From an uncultured Gammaproteobacteria bacterium (GTDB taxonomy: Bacteria; Patescibacteriota; Microgenomatia; Levybacterales; GWA1-39-11): a DNA stretch of 64,000 nt. The stretch spans positions 8,990-72,989 of the forward strand of contig CAZAJO010000006.1 of assembly GCA_964485575.1 (NCBI GenBank), in the 5' to 3' direction. Both the position numbers and the translations under genes were made by a program. Positions 36,549-45,124 of the stretch are shown here, one piece after another. Numbering within the stretch: position 1 is the first letter of the stretch; every line of letters starts with the position of its first letter. The notes beneath the pieces are model-generated. The model ran no database searches and was not told the origin of the DNA. It saw only the letters and a program-made list of their open reading frames with translations.

Positions 36549-37721
36549 ACAGCTTTTTCGGCAGTTTTATTGTCATAATGGTTCCCTTATTTAGTCTGGA
36601 ATATATTTCTATAGTTCCTTTATGTTTGTCAATAATTCCCTTCACGATGTAAAGCCCCAGTCCCATACCTTCTTTTCTATTACCCTTTGCTTTGAAGAAC
36701 TCATGAAAGACTTTATTTTGTTCATTTTTGCGTATTCCTTTTCCATAATCAGTAACAGTAATTTTGATGTATTTTCCTTCAGAAACCAAAGCTACAACGA
36801 TAGGAGTAGTTTTTGTTGAAAATTTTGCTGCATTATTGAGAAGATTTGTAAAAACTTGTTGTAACTTTTCTGTGTCTCCCTGTATCATTCTTGATTTTAG
36901 ATTGAGGTCATTTCCAAAAAAACTTTGTATCCAGGGTAACTGAATCTAAAATTTATGACCGCTCTTTTAATGGTTTTTAGAATATTTATTTCCTTCCAGC
37001 GGTACGATAGTTGACCAGTCTTTACTTGATCTATAGCAAGAAGTTCATTGAGCATGTGCTTTAGCCTTTTTATCTCCTGTGTCAGAACCTCAACTGATTT
37101 TTCTGATGGGAATTGCTTGCTATTTATTTTTTTTGCGATAAGGTCAGCGTAAGCAGATATGGTTGTTAACGGTGTTTTTAACTCGTGGGAAGCAAGCGAG
37201 ATGAAAAGATCTCTCTCCTCCACCGACTCCATTGTTTTTTCGTAAAGTTGCGAATTTCGGATACCAAGACTTATGAGTGATCCAAAGAGATTGATGACAT
37301 TAATAGTTCTTTTGTCCATTATCTGTGGTATTTTAGACTGTAGAGTCATTACGCCAATTGTTTCATGGTTGAAGCTTAGGGGAATAATAATGAGTGATCT
37401 TACTCCGACATCATAAAGTTCCTTGTGAATTTTCTTTAAAGTTTGCTCAGTTATTATATATAGTTTTCCATTGATAAATGATTTGTGGGAATATCCTTTC
37501 TCACGCGGTTCTACTTGTCTTTTTGGTGGAACATTGGTGTAAACCCTTACCAATTCTCCGTCTTTGCCACCTAAAAATATTGATCCATAATCAGCTCCTG
37601 CTACTTTTCCTGCTTCTGAGACTGCAATCTTAAATCGATCCTCAAGATTCAAGGGTTCAAGAAATGAAAGCGTTGAATGATAGAGACGGGTCAGAATCTC
37701 ACTGTCTGCAAAGTCTCTCAT
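36541..37721 (-). pseudogene. Cytoplasmic GAF-HisKA-HATPase histidine kinase split by a 1-nt frameshift
   Basis: 36897-37721 encodes GAF + ASHELKTPL; 36541-36888 encodes LLNNAAKF, DYGKG, GMGLGL. Adding one base near the T7 run (36916-36922) fuses them. Confidence 0.8.
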
Positions 37722-38383
37722 TGCCGTATTGTATACCCAAAACCGCGGATACTTTTTATAAGCTTTGTAGGGAATCCCCCATCTACTTTTTTCCTAAGGT
37801 AACCGATATATACGTCAACAACTCTTGACTCAATATCCGGTGAGTACATCCATATGTGATCAAGTATTGTCTCTCGACTAAGTACTGTGCCACGATTCAG
37901 TAAAAGATACTCAAGCAATTTAAATTCTTTTGCAGTCAAAGAGATAGGTTTGCCGCTTCTAGTCACTTCCATGGTGTGTGTATCAAGAACAAGGTCATCT
38001 AGTACAAGCTGGGGATTAACAGATTGTTTTAACCTGGCTCTAATACGAGCTAGAAGTTCGTCTGTATCAAAAGGTTTTGGAAGATAATCATCAGCGCCAA
38101 GATCTAGCCCATGAACTATCTCACTCTTTGAATCTTTAGCGGTAAGGATGATTATGGGTAAGTCTGGATAGTTTTTCTTGACCTCTGTACACACTGTTTC
38201 GCCAGAAATGCTTTCAATACCAAGATCTAGCAAAATAAGATCCGGAGGTGTTTCTTTCACAAAATTTAAAGCTACCGTGCCGTCAGAAGTCACTTTCGTT
38301 CTGTAACCAGCTTCCTTTAACGATTCTTCAAGATATCCGCTGATATTTTTATCATCTTCTACAATTAAAATTTTATGTATCAT
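37718..38383 (-). CDS. OmpR-family response regulator
   Basis: ILIVEDD, ILLDLG, GADDYLPKPF, VVDVYIGYLRKK, IRGFGY. Confidence 0.95.
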   Translation of the reverse strand: MIHKILIVEDDKNISGYLEESLKEAGYRTKVTSDGTVALNFVKETPPDLILLDLGIESISGETVCTEVKKNYPDLPIIILTAKDSKSEIVHGLDLGADDYLPKPFDTDELLARIRARLKQSVNPQLVLDDLVLDTHTMEVTRSGKPISLTAKEFKLLEYLLLNRGTVLSRETILDHIWMYSPDIESRVVDVYIGYLRKKVDGGFPTKLIKSIRGFGYTIRQ

Positions 38384-38444
38384 AATACTTAATACAGGCA
38401 CAGTATACCATTTCTGACACACATGCCTGTATTATAAGCTAAAT

Positions 38445-38693
38445 TTAGAAGCCAAAATGCATTTTGCGACCAACCCATATAAGGATCACTGACCCCAATA
38501 CAGCAACAAAAATGCTATAGATATTAAAACCGGTAACTGAAGGTTGTCCGAACATGTTCATTAAAAAACCGCCAACAACTGCTCCAACAATTCCTAATAT
38601 AATATCCATTAAAAGTCCTCCCTCACTTTTCATAATTACTGATGCAATCCATCCAGCAATAGCTCCAAAAACAATCCATAATAATATACCCAT
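38445..38693 (-). CDS. GlsB/YeaQ/YmgE family stress-response membrane protein
   Basis: MGILLWIVFGAIAGWIAS...DIILGIVGAVVGG. Confidence 0.92.
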   Translation of the reverse strand: MGILLWIVFGAIAGWIASVIMKSEGGLLMDIILGIVGAVVGGFLMNMFGQPSVTGFNIYSIFVAVLGSVILIWVGRKMHFGF

Positions 38694-38694
38694 A

Positions 38695-38889
38695 CTATTT
38701 GCCCTCCTTTCCTATAAAAGATTTAGTGCTTGCCTCAACAGGTGCAGTCAGAACTCCATAAAAACTACGAACAACGTTGAGGATTGGTTTTTCTATCTCA
38801 AAAGCAACTCCGAAGAAAACATTTACTTTTTGCTCGTTGTGGTGAGGAAGATAAAGTGCTTTGTGAAACTTTGCTTGTGTGTATGTCAT
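38695..38889 (-). CDS. Small hypothetical protein
   Basis: 64-aa ORF directly upstream of the GlsB-like gene, with TAATAT 6 nt before ATG. Confidence 0.6.
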   Translation of the reverse strand: MTYTQAKFHKALYLPHHNEQKVNVFFGVAFEIEKPILNVVRSFYGVLTAPVEASTKSFIGKEGK

Positions 38890-38926
38890 ATGCCCATATT
38901 AGAGCAACAACATATGAGACAAAGAA

Positions 38927-38940
38927 GAGAAATGTGAGAA
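38927..38940 (-). promoter_or_regulatory. Putative response-regulator box, copy 2
   Basis: GAGAAATGTGAGAA, identical to 35477-35490. Confidence 0.6.
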
Positions 38941-38953
38941 TTTGGAAAGAAAA

Positions 38954-39502
38954 CTAAGATTGTTCCTGATCGACTTTAAAGAAGAACGCCTGCTCTTCCA
39001 TCGCTCCGAGTGGTGTTTCTGTGTATGTTCGTACACCTGTTGCTCTTTGCGCTCGAGAAACTTCCAAACCAATTCTCATATTTCGCTCAAACGCTTCGTC
39101 CGTACTTATTCTATGCTTGTTACTGATACGCATAAGGAGATTTGTTGCTTCTCCACCCATATTTAAAACATGCGTTGCAGCATTCATTTTTTTTGCCTCC
39201 TCAGATAAATAATACTCAGGAGCCATGTAATCAATTGGCTTTTTGAATCCTAATCCGTCTCTTAGCACCATCGTTGTGTCATCGTATAATTCGTATAGAG
39301 CAGCCCCCAAGAGATTACAGCAAGCAACAAAAGTTCTTCTGTCAGTATTTCTGGCTTTTGCTTCTTCTTCTAACGCATCAAACAGCGAGGGATCATAAAC
39401 TCCAACCTTTATTTTCTGCACTTCAAAGGCAGGTAAAAAATCAGGGACTTCGAAAGTTGCTGGCTTCCCATCAAATGTTTCGTGTGGCTCCATTTCAGGC
39501 AT
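38954..39502 (-). CDS. Hypothetical protein, possible degenerate MazG-like all-alpha fold
   Basis: GEATNLLMRISNKHRISTDEAFERNM resembles MazG C-terminal helices. Start ATG 39502 follows TATAAT. Confidence 0.6.
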   Translation of the reverse strand: MPEMEPHETFDGKPATFEVPDFLPAFEVQKIKVGVYDPSLFDALEEEAKARNTDRRTFVACCNLLGAALYELYDDTTMVLRDGLGFKKPIDYMAPEYYLSEEAKKMNAATHVLNMGGEATNLLMRISNKHRISTDEAFERNMRIGLEVSRAQRATGVRTYTETPLGAMEEQAFFFKVDQEQS

Positions 39503-39583
39503 AAGGTTGATATTATAGGGCCATTTTGATTTTTTGACAATACGCAAAGCTCTTTTAATGTGAAGCTTGTACTTTGAGGAATA

Positions 39584-40798
39584 TCAATTAAGATTAATAC
39601 TGTCAGCTAAGTCTCCTAGAAGTTCTTTTTCAGACTTGAGTAGTTGTATAGAATTATAAAAAAGTTCCTCTGGGCTTTCGGGTACCTGTAATTTACCTAA
39701 ATTCACTTCGTGATCACGTTCCAGCTGTGCTACAGGCTCACCAAAAGTTCCGTCTGGGTTCCTTGATGGCATGTAAGACGGGTCTGTCGAATACCCCAGA
39801 GCACCAAACCAGTTGAGATTTGCTTTACCATTTTTTTCACTAGCTTCAAGTTCTCGCCTCTTAAGAGACATCAATATTCTAAGTCCACTCCATTTGTTAA
39901 ATTCATTTGCAGAGATATGTTCATTCTGATGATCAACTTTTTCAACAGGACTTTTTCTTGGACTTTGCCAAGGTATACAACCAAAACTGAACAGATTTTC
40001 CACATCCGAGCCAACAAGTGAATATTCAGCCATTGCCATAGAGACATAATTAACTGCAGCATTAAATCTATTCACATTGCCCCGTTCAGTTATAGGTCTA
40101 TCTGCAACCTTTTTCTTGAGCTCACTTGCACTATGGGCAATATCGTACAGCAAACCGAACTCCTCGGGCCAAATCATTCTCTGTAAACTGTGATGTACCA
40201 CATCATGTATATCAGTTGCTGGTATGTAACCCTTTGCCATCAGGGCGTAAAAAGAGTCGGGCATTATCATAAAATTAGTTGGCTTTTCACCATTTACGGT
40301 AGGGCTTACCATTTTTTGGCTCTTTGCCTGTGTAAGGAAATCACCAATATTTGCCTCATTAAAAAATAAGGCTCCTAAGCGGGATGTAAATTTTTCCCTG
40401 AAATCCTTAGGTGCTTTGATTTCACCACTGAGTAATCCTGAAGCTGTAATTATCAAGCCTGGGATATGCATTTGAGATGAATTTACAACTTCGCTGTTAA
40501 CTCCTGTCGTAGTTGTTCCCGAAATCGACTCTTTAATAAATAAAGGTAACTCAGCTTGTTCAGGGTCATCGTGTGTATGTATAGTTGAAGTTACGTCAAT
40601 GGTTAGCCCTTTTTTGCCATTAAGCACTGCGTTATCTGCAGCTACTGTTAAATAACCGTTTTCTATGCATTGCTCGCGAAAAGGACTTGTCCTGTATTCA
40701 AAAACGAACTGTTCACCTAATTTGGTGAGAGCATCAATCTCGTTTTCCCTCGATCTCCATACCGCCCACTCTTCCATTGGTTTGTTTGTCTCACGCAT
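39584..40798 (-). CDS. Hypothetical protein with HDxxHH putative metal-binding motif
   Basis: 404-aa ORF containing TDIHDVVHHS. Confidence 0.75.
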   Translation of the reverse strand: MRETNKPMEEWAVWRSRENEIDALTKLGEQFVFEYRTSPFREQCIENGYLTVAADNAVLNGKKGLTIDVTSTIHTHDDPEQAELPLFIKESISGTTTTGVNSEVVNSSQMHIPGLIITASGLLSGEIKAPKDFREKFTSRLGALFFNEANIGDFLTQAKSQKMVSPTVNGEKPTNFMIMPDSFYALMAKGYIPATDIHDVVHHSLQRMIWPEEFGLLYDIAHSASELKKKVADRPITERGNVNRFNAAVNYVSMAMAEYSLVGSDVENLFSFGCIPWQSPRKSPVEKVDHQNEHISANEFNKWSGLRILMSLKRRELEASEKNGKANLNWFGALGYSTDPSYMPSRNPDGTFGEPVAQLERDHEVNLGKLQVPESPEELFYNSIQLLKSEKELLGDLADSINLN

Positions 40799-40819
40799 AT
40801 AAAAGGATTATAATACCTT

Positions 40820-40842
40820 AATTGTCAGAATATCTGACAATT
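40820..40842. promoter_or_regulatory. Operator-like inverted repeat between divergent promoters
   Basis: AATTGTCAGA-ATA-TCTGACAATT, flanked by TATAAT on the minus strand (40807-40812) and plus strand (40850-40855). Confidence 0.75.
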
Positions 40843-40861
40843 TCGTATATATAATTCTTTT

Positions 40862-43114
40862 ATGAACTTGTCACAGAAAAACAAATTTTCTTACTTATTC
40901 CGAAAGTACCGATTAAAGTCAGAATTTGAAACTCTCTCAGATTTCGGAAATGCACTTGCAGAAAAAGGTAGAATATACGAAGATAGTCTTTTTTCGCACT
41001 GGCAAAAAGGGTCTCGTGTACCAAGTGACCGTACCTTGCTACTTAAAATCATATCCTTATTTTCCGAGCTTCATGGCATTAACTCAATAGCAGAGTCAAA
41101 TGAATTTCTTGAGGCCGCTGGACTTTCTGCATTAACCACAGAAGAGATAGATCAATTGCCTGAGAATATAAAGGATATAGCTCCTTTTTTAGCTCCTAAT
41201 AAAATCGTAAATTATATTCAACGAAAAGAAATTCAAAAAAACTCTCGAGAAGCATTGGATTCACTACATATCCTAATACTTTCAGGAAGACCAGGGTCTG
41301 GGAAGTCTGCTTTAGCAATAGAAATGGCCCACGAGTATGCAGCCAGTTATCCAGATGGAGTTTTGTGGTTTCGCGCTGATACAACAACAGCTATGGACAT
41401 CTTAATGGCAATAAGTTTGATTTATAAGAAAGATGTTGCTCATATTAATAATCTTGAGGCTCGAGCTGCTTATGTTAGGTCATTTATGAAAGATAAAAAG
41501 GTCCTCTATATATTTGATAATGTAGAAACAGACTTTGACCATTCCCTATTAATACCCAATCTTGAAAAAAATGCCGTCATTCTAACGACAACAAGCCCTG
41601 AACTTTCAGGTTTTAAAAAGTCATCTATTATTACAGCTTCTCAATTTAACATTTCTGAAACCGAAGAACTTTTTGAATTAATATTAGGGAGCAAAAGTTT
41701 TGAGTTAGTCCGAAATCAACTGCTTGAGATTGCAGAACTCGTTGATTATTTGCCTCTGGCTATTCAAATAATTGCAAGACAGATCGCTGCTAAGAAATAT
41801 AGCACATTAGAAATTATTGAATATTTAAAGAACGATAGCTTTGAACTGAAGCAACTAAAGTATGAGAACAAAGATTTACAATCGACTCTTGAGGCAAGTT
41901 TTAAAAAACTTAATAAAAATGTGGCAACAGTTCTGCTCTCCTTATCTGTTTTTTCTGGTAAAGACTTCTCGTTAGAGGCTGCGATTTCATTACATAATTA
42001 CTCAAGATCACAGATAAAAAACTACTTACTGGAACTTGTTGATAATTCGTTAATTGAAATTTCTTCTGACTCAAGATATAGGCTCAACCCCTTTATCTTG
42101 CGTTTTATTAGAGAAAAGAATACTAATCTCGAGATTTATACAAAAGCAGCCGAGTATTACACTTCTTTATTTAATAATATCAAGGAAGCAGAAATAGAAC
42201 ACCAGATCCTTGTGTACGAGCAAGATAATATTTCCGGGGTTTTAACCCAATGCTTTCAGAACGAACAGTACGCTTTCGTATGCAAATTATTTAAGAATTT
42301 TGGTGTATTTCTGTGGGAAACAGGTCAATGGGAAAAGCTGAAAAATTTTGCTTTCTTAGCTTATAAAAGTGCCAGTAAAATAAATGACAATCAAAGTAGG
42401 ATGCTTATTTGCAACAGAGAACTCAGCTGGGTTTATTATTGGACTGGTGATATTAAGTTGTCCTTAAAGTATACACTTGAGGCAAATAAACTTGCAGCTG
42501 AGCTTAATGACCGCTACTACACAGCTTATACTGAAGAAAGGCTGTCTAAAATCTATCAAGGCATGCGAAGATATGAAGAATCGATTTCTTTAGCTCTTTC
42601 ATCTTTGGCTTACTTTGAGGAAATACACGATTCTTTAAGAATTTCAAATAATTTGCGTCACTTGGGAGAAACTTATTTGATGCTGGGTGATTATATGGTT
42701 GCAAAAGAGTATATCCAGAAATCAAGGGATGCCCTTAAAAAGGTGAAAAATAGGAGGGTTCGGCTGATTCAAGAATGTGTATCTTTGACAGAACTTGCAG
42801 CTATCTTCTATCTTGAGAACAACTTTGAAAGGGCTAAAGAGTTGTTTATGGAAAGTGAAGAAATGGAAGAAAGCATTAAAAGCTTTACTCTTAATCGGAT
42901 TTGGATTAATATTGTGCTCGGATTGATATATGAATCAAAAGAAGATGTGTTTAATGCAAAACAGAAGTTCAGGCTAGCAGAAGATGCATGTATATATCTA
43001 GGGATGAGACGTAACATCTCGGAGATAAGCCCTATTTTGGCTGCTTTGAAGAAGCAACTTGCAAATAGCACTATTTACCAACAGTCGCCTTTTTTGACAT
43101 ACATGAAAAATTAA
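40862..43114 (+). CDS. HTH + NB-ARC (STAND NTPase) + TPR protein
   Basis: N-terminal HTH-like SLFSHWQKGSRVP; Walker A GRPGSGKS; Walker B YIFDNVE; ILTTT; YLPLAI (GxP-like); C-terminal TPR-like helices. Confidence 0.88.
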   Translation: MNLSQKNKFSYLFRKYRLKSEFETLSDFGNALAEKGRIYEDSLFSHWQKGSRVPSDRTLLLKIISLFSELHGINSIAESNEFLEAAGLSALTTEEIDQLPENIKDIAPFLAPNKIVNYIQRKEIQKNSREALDSLHILILSGRPGSGKSALAIEMAHEYAASYPDGVLWFRADTTTAMDILMAISLIYKKDVAHINNLEARAAYVRSFMKDKKVLYIFDNVETDFDHSLLIPNLEKNAVILTTTSPELSGFKKSSIITASQFNISETEELFELILGSKSFELVRNQLLEIAELVDYLPLAIQIIARQIAAKKYSTLEIIEYLKNDSFELKQLKYENKDLQSTLEASFKKLNKNVATVLLSLSVFSGKDFSLEAAISLHNYSRSQIKNYLLELVDNSLIEISSDSRYRLNPFILRFIREKNTNLEIYTKAAEYYTSLFNNIKEAEIEHQILVYEQDNISGVLTQCFQNEQYAFVCKLFKNFGVFLWETGQWEKLKNFAFLAYKSASKINDNQSRMLICNRELSWVYYWTGDIKLSLKYTLEANKLAAELNDRYYTAYTEERLSKIYQGMRRYEESISLALSSLAYFEEIHDSLRISNNLRHLGETYLMLGDYMVAKEYIQKSRDALKKVKNRRVRLIQECVSLTELAAIFYLENNFERAKELFMESEEMEESIKSFTLNRIWINIVLGLIYESKEDVFNAKQKFRLAEDACIYLGMRRNISEISPILAALKKQLANSTIYQQSPFLTYMKN

Positions 43115-43115
43115 T

Positions 43116-43667
43116 ATGAAGGAAGTAGAAATAAAAGCAAAATTAAATGGTATGCATGATAGTCCTGAGTCGATTGAAGCAAGGACCGGCTTGCGTTGGG
43201 AAGAATCTGTCGACCAGAAAGACACAATTTTTCTTCCTGTAGGTATGGATTTTGGTAATTTAACTGATGGTTCACCAGTTTTCCGCCTGAGAGAAGTTGA
43301 TGGGGCCACAATTCTAACTCTTAAAATCTCTTCAGCAGACGCTTCGGAAAGAGCCGAAGAAGAGATATTGGTTGATGATAGTTCTAAGACTAGAAGGATA
43401 GTTGAGTTGTTAGGATTTTCAGAGGCTATAACAATAGAAAAAAGAAGAAGAAAAATGAATTTCGGAGAGTATCTGCTCTTTTTTGATGATGTTCAGGATC
43501 TAGGACAGTTCTTGGAAATTGAAAAGTTGGTTGATGACAATGTAGACGCAGGGCCGATAAAGGAGGATATGATCGCAAGTCTTCAAGCTCTTGGGCTGGA
43601 AGACTTAACAGTTGTGAACAGATCTTACGACGCTCTCCTGTATCAGGCTCGTACTTATAATTCTTAA
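43116..43667 (+). CDS. CYTH domain protein (class IV adenylate cyclase/CyaB-like)
   Basis: EVEIK (ExExK), FRLR, LTLK, IEKRR, DDVQDLGQFLEIE, SY. Confidence 0.9.
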   Translation: MKEVEIKAKLNGMHDSPESIEARTGLRWEESVDQKDTIFLPVGMDFGNLTDGSPVFRLREVDGATILTLKISSADASERAEEEILVDDSSKTRRIVELLGFSEAITIEKRRRKMNFGEYLLFFDDVQDLGQFLEIEKLVDDNVDAGPIKEDMIASLQALGLEDLTVVNRSYDALLYQARTYNS

Positions 43668-43675
43668 CTTTCATT

Positions 43676-44257
43676 ATGAAAAAAAAATTAGTAATTTTAT
43701 TTGGACCCTCCGGAGTGGGGAAAAGCAGTTTGATCGGACAAATTACAAAGCTCGAACCAAGAATTAAGGCCGTTATTCCTTTTACTGATAGGCCCAAAAG
43801 GCAAGGCGAATTTTCCAGAAGGAGTATCTCGAGAAAAGACTTCGATCAGTTAGAATCAAAAGCTCAATATATTATCGCAAAGAATATATATGGATATCGA
43901 TACGCAACAAACAAGACAGAGATAAATAGTCTTATAAAAAAAGGTGTAGTGCCAGTCATCGATTTTCCATTGGACAGAGTGGATTTCTTATCAGATTTTA
44001 AAAAAGACGTTTGTGGGATTTACATTGCTCCACCCTCTCTTGCCGTTCTAAAGAGTCGATTGCGTAAGGATGGAAGAGATGTCGATTTGAAAAGGTTTGA
44101 AGAAGGAAAGCTTGAGCTTTCAAAGTTGAAGCAAATGGAATTTAAGCACCCATACATAAGTGCAGTTGTGGTTAATAGTGATCTTGAAAAACAAAGTAAA
44201 GAACTTCTTTCAATTATCTACGAAAATACTAATCTTTCCAAAAAGGAAATTCTGTAG
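43676..44257 (+). CDS. Guanylate kinase-like protein
   Basis: GPSGVGKS, FTDRPKRQGE, YGYRYAT, IYIAPPSL..L..RL..GRD, VVVNSDL. Confidence 0.88.
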   Translation: MKKKLVILFGPSGVGKSSLIGQITKLEPRIKAVIPFTDRPKRQGEFSRRSISRKDFDQLESKAQYIIAKNIYGYRYATNKTEINSLIKKGVVPVIDFPLDRVDFLSDFKKDVCGIYIAPPSLAVLKSRLRKDGRDVDLKRFEEGKLELSKLKQMEFKHPYISAVVVNSDLEKQSKELLSIIYENTNLSKKEIL

Positions 44258-44371
44258 TTTTAATCCTTCATAAATATTTATTTCCTATTTTAGTCATGTT
44301 TGATGACAATTTATATAGAAGTGATATATTGCAACAAAAATTTTCACGCAGTGTAATGATAATGATTCTTT

Positions 44372-44478
44372 GGCAGGACTCTACAAATTGCCCCTCTGTA
44401 CAGTCCAATATTAATAACTTTTCGATTCTAACTTTTGTCTGCCCGAAGACTAACAGCTCAGGCAGAGCTGTTTTTTTT
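44372..44478 (+). promoter_or_regulatory. Putative attenuator/riboswitch-like leader ending in an intrinsic terminator
   Basis: Terminator AACAGCTC-AGGCA-GAGCTGTT+T-run (44452-44478) just before the SD of the TasA-like gene. TCTGCC 44438-44443 can pair with GGCAGA 44461-44466 or GGCAGG 44372-44377. Confidence 0.55.
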
Positions 44479-44511
44479 GTAGGCTTACTATACGAAAGGA
44501 GGTGAATATAT

Positions 44512-45060
44512 ATGAATAAAAAAATAATGATGAGCGGACTTTCAATAATTTCAGCTCTCACACTTTTAGGAGGCACAGCTTTCGCTGCATTTACTACACA
44601 AGCAACAGCTACTGGTAATACTTTTTCAACCGACAATCCTGCACTTCTGATTTCCTCAGACAGCGCAAATTATTTTGGTGATATTGTAAATCCATTTAAT
44701 GATGCCAATATTGTCCCAGGGTATGAAAGAACTTTTACTTTCTACCTAAAAAACACAGGTAATTCTGCACTTGATGTAAATGCACATTTTACTGGAGTTG
44801 CAGATATTCTTGATAACGTTTTAGTAACTGATTTTGACTGTAGTAATGCTGCAGATCCAAGTGCTTTTAGTGTTACATCCATGAAAGGCGGGTCTGTTAG
44901 TTTGGGAACTATCCAACCTGGAGCACCAAATGCGCTAACATGTCATGTAAAGGTTACACTACCTGTTTCAGTTGACGATACTTATAAAAATAGAACATCT
45001 GTTTTTACAGTTGAATTTAATGGAACAACGGTAGCTCCATCACCTATTCCTGCACCTTAG
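44512..45060 (+). CDS. TasA/CalY-like protein with SipW-cognate signal peptide
   Basis: GGTAFAAFT...TGNTF signal, NIVPG...FYLKNTG, C-terminal VEFNG; strong SD GAAAGGAGGTGA. Confidence 0.8.
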   Translation: MNKKIMMSGLSIISALTLLGGTAFAAFTTQATATGNTFSTDNPALLISSDSANYFGDIVNPFNDANIVPGYERTFTFYLKNTGNSALDVNAHFTGVADILDNVLVTDFDCSNAADPSAFSVTSMKGGSVSLGTIQPGAPNALTCHVKVTLPVSVDDTYKNRTSVFTVEFNGTTVAPSPIPAP

Positions 45061-45070
45061 TTTTTCGTCT

Positions 45071-45099
45071 GGTGGTGGGAGACTGCCTTTCCCGCCACC
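45071..45099 (+). terminator. GC-rich hairpin after the TasA-like gene
   Basis: GGTGGTGGGAGA/TTTCCCGCCACC stem with no U-tract. Confidence 0.55.
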
Positions 45100-45124
45100 G
45101 ACACCGGTAAGAAAATAAATACAT

